Below, piece by piece: positions 1 to 5,222 of a stretch of DNA of 6,446 nt. This DNA is from Promethearchaeota archaeon (GTDB taxonomy: Archaea > Asgardarchaeota > Thorarchaeia > Thorarchaeales > Thorarchaeaceae). Each line of letters opens with the position of its first letter. Position 1 is the stretch's first letter. The position numbers and the translations under genes were made by a program. The stretch is taken from assembly GCA_027031765.1 (NCBI GenBank), contig JALVPN010000194.1, positions 1-6,446 of the forward strand, read 5' to 3'. The notes beneath the pieces were generated by a model, which made no database searches, was not told the DNA's origin, and was given only the letters and a program-made list of their open reading frames with translations.

Positions 1-563
1 TCTAAGACTCTCCAGGGCTCATCGGATTGACGCACGGCGTCGAGCACGGCCCCAAGCATGTCTCTTGAACCACGCACCTCTGGCCAGCCGCTCACCACCC
101 ACAGCACCCTCCATGGCCCGTCACACTCTCGGATGGCACAGGCAACTGCACCGAGTACTTCTCTTGAGCCACGCACCTCTGACCAGCCGCTCACTGCCAA
201 CAGCACTCTCCAGGGCTCGTCAGACCCACGGACTGCCTGTGCTAACCGTGGTGCGGCCGCCTCCACCGCGAGGAGCACATCCTGAGAGTCATGTGCCTCA
301 GGCCAGCCCCTCACCGCCCACAGGACTCTCCAAGGTCGGCCATCTGTACGGACTGCGCCGGCAACAGCAGCCAGGACTTGCGGTGAGCGGCGCACCTCGT
401 GCCAGCGACCCACTGCCTCCAGCACTCTCCACGGCTCGTCGGACTCGCTGACGGCAGCCGCCACCCTCGACACGCTATCAGCTACGGCGTGCTGCACGTC
501 CTCAGACTCTGCGAGAGGCCCACAGCGTGAGACTGTCCCGAGCAGCCGCCACACATCCGGGTC
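1..563 (-). repeat. Coding tandem repeat array (33- or 40-aa helical units) of the STAND protein
   Basis: Units: 563-444 DPDVWRLLGTVSRCGPLAESEDVQHAVADSVSRVAAAVSE (40); 443-345 SDEPWRVLEAVGRWHEVRRSPQVLAAVAGAVRT (33); 344-225 DGRPWRVLWAVRGWPEAHDSQDVLLAVEAAAPRLAQAVRG (40); 224-126 SDEPWRVLLAVSGWSEVRGSREVLGAVACAIRE (33); 125-27 CDGPWRVLWVVSGWPEVRGSRDMLGAVLDAVRQ (33); 26-1 SDEPWRVL (partial). At DNA level, 61-113 matches 160-212 at 47/53 bases with a 99-bp offset. Confidence 0.95.
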
Positions 564-2561
564 GTGTCTTGTCGACCAGCGGATTAGCCGGGCTGCGAAG
601 TGTACGACCACCTCTGACAGGCCCGGCCCAGAGGTGGCCTGCTGGGACTGTACCTTCAGGGCATGTCCACACCGGGACAGTTCGCGGGCAAGGGTCACGT
701 GTGGTAACTTCACCCTCCTCATGTCCCCGCGTCCATCATCGACCAGTTCGCCCCACTGTATGAGGTGGGTGCAGGCATTGTACACAGCCCGTTTCAACTC
801 GCGCTCCCCGAACTCGTCCGGGTCTGTGAACACATGTCCTCGCTCCTCTGCGCAGAGCTGGGCCACGAACCGGACAGGCACCCAGATATCAGCAGTACCC
901 AGTGCAGCGATGCTCTCCAAGACTAGTTGCAGCAACATTCTCTTCTCGCCGTCTTCGGCTCCCACGAGGCCGGAGAACGAGTCCTGTTCCGCCAGACTGG
1001 AGAGCCGTGCGAGTACCGATTGCTGGTCGAGTCCGTGCTCATCACGCTCACCGTAGTAGTACCTCCGGATCTCCGAACATATGTCGATGTCCTCGGTCCT
1101 GGTCTCCCGCTCCAGTCCGCGGAGCGCGAACGACAGCAGCCACAGGCTGTGCCTGCACTTCTCCGCCAGTACCCTCTCCATCTGTTGCAGGTGTGCCCTG
1201 TCCGTCTTCTCTCCGAAGGCCGCGACGATACCAGAGACCGCCTCACTGAACTCCTCCTCTTCCAGCCGAATGACGTGGAGCAGTGGACGGCCGCTCTCCG
1301 CACCTGCAATGCCTTCAACCACTCTACTGACAGCACCGTCTGGGTCGTCAGTCGTCATCCTTACAAGGAACAGGAAGTCCGGCCTCGCCACACCGGTCAG
1401 CCCCGGGTACTCAGTCTGTGAGTCCCAGGCACGCGACTGTCTGAGGTTCATGTACACCTCTCTCAGCTTGTCCGGTGCCACATGTACATTGTCGAGGATG
1501 AAGAGGGCACGGGCATTCTCATCGTTCTCGTTGTTGCGCAGGTACCGCACAAGATCCACCAGGTCATCTGCTATGTGTGAGGGGTCATGTCCCATGAAGT
1601 CAACGTAGTACACGGGCGCACCCCGCTCCAAGACTCTCCTGAAGCCGAGGATGAGGGCGAGGGTGGTCTTGCCTGCACCAGCCTTTGCAACAATGAGCTG
1701 CATGTTTGACCTGGTACGGAACCCCTCCTCAACCGCTTTGAGCAGACGTTCCCGTGGGTAGTAGTAGTCATTGAGGAGGTCGACCCACATCGGGTGTGGA
1801 CGCCTGAAGAACGTCGGTGTGACAACACGCCTCCTGTCCAGTGGGAGACTGTCGAACGATTCGATACCCTCATTGACTGCCCCTGCCAGCACATGGAGGT
1901 AGTTGTCGAGGTTGAGGACACGTGGTAGTAGTGAGAACGTGCGTGGGGTCTCTGCGGCCACGGCAGAGGGCCTGAACAGGACTTCTCTGATGTACTCGAA
2001 CATCCCACGTAGTCCACGGATCTGCCCTTGGGTGGCGAGTACGGCCTGGTATATGTCGGCAGTGGATGCCCTGACAGCCACAGTCCTGGCCAGCCTCGCC
2101 TCCAGCTCCTGGGCCACCCGCTCCGCGAGGACACGGTCGTCGAAGCCTGCGCTGACCAGCAGCCCGACCACAGTGTCTGCGAAAGGCTTCTGACCAGAGA
2201 GGTCCATGCGGACTTGTTTGGCGGACTGACGTATCTGCCGGGGCAGACCCTCAAGGACTCTCCACTGTTCGGGGTCAAGACCGAGCTGCTGTGCGACATC
2301 AGCTGCAAGGGCCTTCGTTGCCTGCATGGCCTGCCGTTCATCCCAGTGGCCCCGTATGTGATGGGCAACTCTCGACAGGATGTCTGGCACCCCGGCGGGC
2401 GCAGCACCGGGTAGAAAGGCCCCAGCTGTACGCACGAGCATGGAAACAGTGCCCTTGAGTGCGTCAAGGGTTTCAGCGGATGTGGCCGCAAGCCACAGCT
2501 TAGAGAAGAGGGCGCGGAATGCTCCTAGAGGGCCCTGGCCAAATGGTTGTACTACACCCAT
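1..2561 (-). CDS. NLR-like STAND-class P-loop NTPase (helical N-terminal domain + NTPase/helical/winged-helix module + C-terminal helical repeats); 3'-truncated by the window edge
   Basis: Hand translation from ATG 2561 (in-frame TAG just upstream at 2576-2574; alternative ATG 2441) is open to base 3: MGVVQPFGQGPLGAFRALFSKLWLAA... Motifs: FFRRPHPMWVDLLNDYYYPR (1811-1752); Walker A LIVAKAGAGKTT (AKAGAGKTT 1688-1662, fits [AG]x4GK[ST]); Walker B ALFILDNVH (1508-1482); sensor-1-like FLFLVR (1376-1359); helical-domain KCRHSLWLL (1160-1134); winged-helix-end KLPHVTLAREL (710-678). Repeats follow from 563. Not in the ORF track because no stop lies inside the window. Confidence 0.9.
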   Translation of the reverse strand, partial: MGVVQPFGQGPLGAFRALFSKLWLAATSAETLDALKGTVSMLVRTAGAFLPGAAPAGVPDILSRVAHHIRGHWDERQAMQATKALAADVAQQLGLDPEQWRVLEGLPRQIRQSAKQVRMDLSGQKPFADTVVGLLVSAGFDDRVLAERVAQELEARLARTVAVRASTADIYQAVLATQGQIRGLRGMFEYIREVLFRPSAVAAETPRTFSLLPRVLNLDNYLHVLAGAVNEGIESFDSLPLDRRRVVTPTFFRRPHPMWVDLLNDYYYPRERLLKAVEEGFRTRSNMQLIVAKAGAGKTTLALILGFRRVLERGAPVYYVDFMGHDPSHIADDLVDLVRYLRNNENDENARALFILDNVHVAPDKLREVYMNLRQSRAWDSQTEYPGLTGVARPDFLFLVRMTTDDPDGAVSRVVEGIAGAESGRPLLHVIRLEEEEFSEAVSGIVAAFGEKTDRAHLQQMERVLAEKCRHSLWLLSFALRGLERETRTEDIDICSEIRRYYYGERDEHGLDQQSVLARLSSLAEQDSFSGLVGAEDGEKRMLLQLVLESIAALGTADIWVPVRFVAQLCAEERGHVFTDPDEFGERELKRAVYNACTHLIQWGELVDDGRGDMRRVKLPHVTLARELSRCGHALKVQSQQATSGPGLSEVVVHFAARLIRWSTRHDPDVWRLLGTVSRCGPLAESEDVQHAVADSVSRVAAAVSESDEPWRVLEAVGRWHEVRRSPQVLAAVAGAVRTDGRPWRVLWAVRGWPEAHDSQDVLLAVEAAAPRLAQAVRGSDEPWRVLLAVSGWSEVRGSREVLGAVACAIRECDGPWRVLWVVSGWPEVRGSRDMLGAVLDAVRQSDEPWRVL
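678..1811 (-). other. STAND NTPase module (nucleotide-binding domain, helical domain, winged helix)
   Basis: Order and spacing of Walker A (K298), Walker B (D357-N358), sensor-1 Arg (R401), helical segment and terminal His (H621, position analogous to the NB-ARC MHD / NACHT winged-helix His) match STAND architecture. Residue numbers are counted from ATG 2561. Subfamily not determined. Confidence 0.75.
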
Positions 2562-3007
2562 GCCTGTCCAACACTACCAGTCAACATGTATCAGACCGCT
2601 GACCGATAGTCATCAGATATGTGTTCCGGCTGCCCATGGTCAGGACGGGGCGCCCCGGCGTCCAGATAGGCGGTGCTCCTCTCGGTCCTCACGGCAATGT
2701 ATCAGCAACACCAGCATCTATTGGGAGCGGGAGGAGAGGACCGGGCCGGTACAGGTAGCACGCATGGGTGACCCACACGCATCAACGAGCGCAACGAGCG
2801 CCGGGGAGCCCGGTGGTGGTCGGGAGGGCTGCCTATTGTACTGTGGGACATGCACCTAGCACGGTATGGCGTGGCCCGTCAGGTCAGTCCAGTGCTACGT
2901 CTCTCGTGTCCGGCGGCCACTCGTGCAGGATTTCGTGGACATCGGGACATCACGGGCCGGCAGTCACAAGCCCTACGGTCACTGTCAAAGAGAGGGCATG
3001 GGCCACC

Positions 3008-3050
3008 AAGAATAAGTGTGCCGGGGGACTGGGTACTACACTATTGAGGT
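3008..3050 (+). promoter_or_regulatory. Possible archaeal-type promoter (purine-rich/AT box AAGAATAAG, 3008-3016) and Shine-Dalgarno-like GAGGT (3046-3050)
   Basis: AT-rich box about 35-45 nt upstream of ATG 3052 in otherwise GC-rich DNA. GAGGT lies 1 nt before ATG 3052 and 7 nt before in-frame GTG 3058. The match to a TATA consensus is weak. Confidence 0.3.
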
Positions 3051-3051
3051 A

Positions 3052-5118
3052 ATGACTGTGGACACGATACGTCGCGTCACAGCCCTGTTCACAGTGTGCA
3101 TCTTTGTCGTCAGTGCATGCCCACTCGTTGTTACGGGTGCTGTGACTGTTGTCAGGAATGACATGGACCTTGAAGACACGGGCATATCGCTGGTGGAGCT
3201 GGTGCCCGACGCCAACCTCACCCTCGAGCAGGGGACAGCTGTCAGGAGTGGCTCGGGCGAGTTCTCTGCGGTATGGGGGACGGCGGACGGAGACCACTAT
3301 GTGGACCTCACGTTCACGCACGAGGCCGGCACAGAGCTCGACTTCAACGAGTCCACCGGGACGTACCAGGACATGGTGTACGTATACGAACAGTGCGAGT
3401 GGACAAGGGAGGAGTTGCCGGACCGTGTCAAGTTGGAGCTGGACTTTGGGGTGGCATTCTCGGACGACTTCGTGACGGGCTGGGACAACCCCGGCTGGAG
3501 TTCCGTGTATCCGCTCTCAGTGTCCGTGTCAGCATGGTGTGTCGACGCCTCGGGGAACTGGAACGAGTTGTTTCATTCGGGGCCGCCCTATTACCAGTCG
3601 GACTCGGGAGAGCCCATTGTGACGACCAGGAAGACAGGACTGACATACTCACAGGTCGTTGACTGTTTTGGTGGGATGGTCGAGGACGACGCGGGCCACC
3701 AAGAGGATGCCAACGACACGTTCACTGTCGTAGTCGGCCTGACACTGACACACTACTTCTACAGGCTGCCAGTGGGCGGCGACGAACCATGGCGCCATGT
3801 CAACGGTTCTGTCACCGTAAGGCTATCGAGGGTGTCCTTCGAGGCATTCACAATAGACCCTGACGCGGCCCCTGCACGGCTGGACCCGACACTAGTAGTG
3901 ACAGCACCCTCGGACGGCTCCCGGTTCTATCCGAGCATCGCAGTTGACAGTGGGCACTCGTTCTATGCAGCGTCATATTCCACATCCACTGACCCTGCAT
4001 CGCCACGACTTGTGAAGTGGTCAGCCAATGGAGACGTGGAGTGGCAACGCCCCATATGTCAGCAGTCCTATGATTTCGTGCGTGTGCTGTCCGTTGGCAA
4101 CAGGATATGTACTGTCGGCGGGATCCGCCACCACGGTGAGGACAACGCCCACATCGTGCTCCTGACGGTCTGGGACACTGAGGGTACGATGACCGCCAAC
4201 ACTACGGTCGAGCTGGAGGGTTCACCACTGGCCTTCCTCGACGCCGCTGCGGACGCTGCAGGACATCTGTGGGTGCTGGCGGCCGAGACCTCAGGTCAGA
4301 CACTCACCCCGCTGATACTCGGGGTCGACATGTCCGGTCAGGTGGTGCATACTGGACAACTGGACGACTTCCCCGTCCAGCTTGCGGTCTCTGCGGATGG
4401 GACACTCGTCCTCCTCATGCCAGACAGGGTCGATGCCTACAACTCTGAGCTCCAGCACCTGTGGTCTGCAGACACACACGGCATGGTCGCATCTGCTTCT
4501 GTCGACCCATCTGGCAACGTGTATGCAATAGGACGGCCGTATGAGGACGATGTGCCACTGCTCCCAGACAGGGGGTTCTCACTGCTCCGACTGGTCTCTG
4601 AGGGGCAGGCGGACTGGCTCTCTGTGACACGGCAGACCATCGGGGACAGACATGGTGACACTGCCACCAGTGACCTGTCATGGGCTGTTGGCAGGCCGGT
4701 GCATGCCGCATTTGCAGCCCCCGCAGTGGGTACCTGCATGGCCCTTGTCATCGGGGAATACCTAGAGTACTCCGCGCTTGTCAAGTTCAACGCGAGCGGG
4801 CGGCTCGTGCAGTCGTACTCCCTCGGCCACATATCCGACATGCTCAGCGAGTACAGCCCAGGTACTCCTGTCGGGCTCGCTGTTGCGCCTGACGGACTCG
4901 TGTACTTGGCCTGGCCGACGCAGGTCATCGCCCTCGACATCGGACTGACGGGAGGCGGTACTGGGACGACCGGGACACTCCTCGTGGTCGCGGTGTCGGC
5001 GGTGGGCGTTGCAGCAGTTGCCGGGGCGGCGGTGCTCTATGTACGTCGGAAGCGCAGCACAGTGCCGGCCATCCATGGCCCTGCTGCCACACCGGGTGCC
5101 GGCGCAGGCCCCCAGTGA
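3052..5118 (+). CDS. Secreted, C-terminally membrane-anchored cell-surface protein (about 688 aa): signal peptide, uncharacterised beta-rich domain, beta-propeller, TM helix, short cytoplasmic tail
   Basis: N-terminus MTVDTIRR-VTALFTVCIFVVSACPLVVTGA is basic then hydrophobic. Propeller-blade motifs lie in about 3900-4950 (SIAVDSGHSFYAA, LVKWSANGDVEWQ, DAAADAAGHLWVL, QLAVSADGTLVLL, SASVDPSGNVYAIG, LVKFNASGRLVQS, GLAVAPDGLVYLA). A G/T linker precedes the TM helix LLVVAVSAVGVAAVAGAAVLYV (4978-5043) and RRKR (5044-5055). Start at 3052 or 3058 is preferred to GTG 3016. Confidence 0.9.
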   Translation: MTVDTIRRVTALFTVCIFVVSACPLVVTGAVTVVRNDMDLEDTGISLVELVPDANLTLEQGTAVRSGSGEFSAVWGTADGDHYVDLTFTHEAGTELDFNESTGTYQDMVYVYEQCEWTREELPDRVKLELDFGVAFSDDFVTGWDNPGWSSVYPLSVSVSAWCVDASGNWNELFHSGPPYYQSDSGEPIVTTRKTGLTYSQVVDCFGGMVEDDAGHQEDANDTFTVVVGLTLTHYFYRLPVGGDEPWRHVNGSVTVRLSRVSFEAFTIDPDAAPARLDPTLVVTAPSDGSRFYPSIAVDSGHSFYAASYSTSTDPASPRLVKWSANGDVEWQRPICQQSYDFVRVLSVGNRICTVGGIRHHGEDNAHIVLLTVWDTEGTMTANTTVELEGSPLAFLDAAADAAGHLWVLAAETSGQTLTPLILGVDMSGQVVHTGQLDDFPVQLAVSADGTLVLLMPDRVDAYNSELQHLWSADTHGMVASASVDPSGNVYAIGRPYEDDVPLLPDRGFSLLRLVSEGQADWLSVTRQTIGDRHGDTATSDLSWAVGRPVHAAFAAPAVGTCMALVIGEYLEYSALVKFNASGRLVQSYSLGHISDMLSEYSPGTPVGLAVAPDGLVYLAWPTQVIALDIGLTGGGTGTTGTLLVVAVSAVGVAAVAGAAVLYVRRKRSTVPAIHGPAATPGAGAGPQ

Positions 5119-5165
5119 CGGGGACGGCTGACGGGCTGCACACAGCATAGTACCATGGCACAGGC

Positions 5166-5205
5166 GAGCAGAGCAGGTCAGAGCAGAGTAGAGTGGAGTG
5201 GAGTG
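5166..5205. repeat. Degenerate pentanucleotide microsatellite, 8 units
   Basis: GAGCA GAGCA GGTCA GAGCA GAGTA GAGTG GAGTG GAGTG in the 104-bp gap between two convergent stop codons. Confidence 0.85.
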
Positions 5206-5222
5206 TAACGGGGCAGCGCGGG

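Noticed and set aside
27-224. Diversity-generating retroelement TR/VR pair or CRISPR array
   Set aside because: Mismatches between copies involve all four bases rather than being adenine-specific, the units are in-frame coding repeats without unique spacers, and no reverse transcriptase or cas gene is in view.
58-1608. Plus-strand ORFs 58..285, 65..451, 527..763, 634..1056, 902..1249, 927..1421, 1081..1608 and minus-strand ORF 923..1336
   Set aside because: These are antisense or off-frame shadows of the STAND gene. They are low-complexity Ser/Arg/Pro-rich translations, and the repeat in 58..285 simply mirrors the 99-bp coding repeat.
1571-2859. ORFs 1571..2491 (-, 306 aa), 1903..2193, 2028..2414 and 2380..2859
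   Set aside because: They overlap the motif-bearing STAND frame and show no recognisable motifs; long spurious ORFs are expected at this GC content.
2549-3041. 9-bp direct repeats GTACTACAC (2549-2557, 3033-3041) and ATGTATCAG (2586-2594, 2697-2705)
   Set aside because: About 0.5 such 9-mer pairs are expected by chance in 500 bp; they do not flank a defined element, and one copy lies within coding sequence.
3016-3051. GTG 3016 as the start of the surface protein
   Set aside because: It adds 12 residues before a good signal peptide, and the SD-like GAGGT and AT-rich box fall in or next to this extension; 3052 or 3058 is more plausible.
3109-3120. Lipobox-like VSAC in the signal peptide
   Set aside because: The hydrophobic stretch continues past the Cys and the protein already has a C-terminal TM anchor, so signal peptidase I cleavage is more likely. 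SignalP 6 would test this.
3781-3795. DEPWR in the surface protein matches SDEPWRVL of the flanking repeats
   Set aside because: It is a five-residue match with different codons (GAC GAA CCA TGG CGC vs GAC GAG CCN TGG AGA) in a beta-strand context, so it is most likely coincidence.
4950-5055. Archaeosortase or sortase sorting signal
   Set aside because: A TM helix and basic cluster are present, but no PGF, PEF, LPxTG or similar motif precedes the helix, and a 20-aa tail follows.
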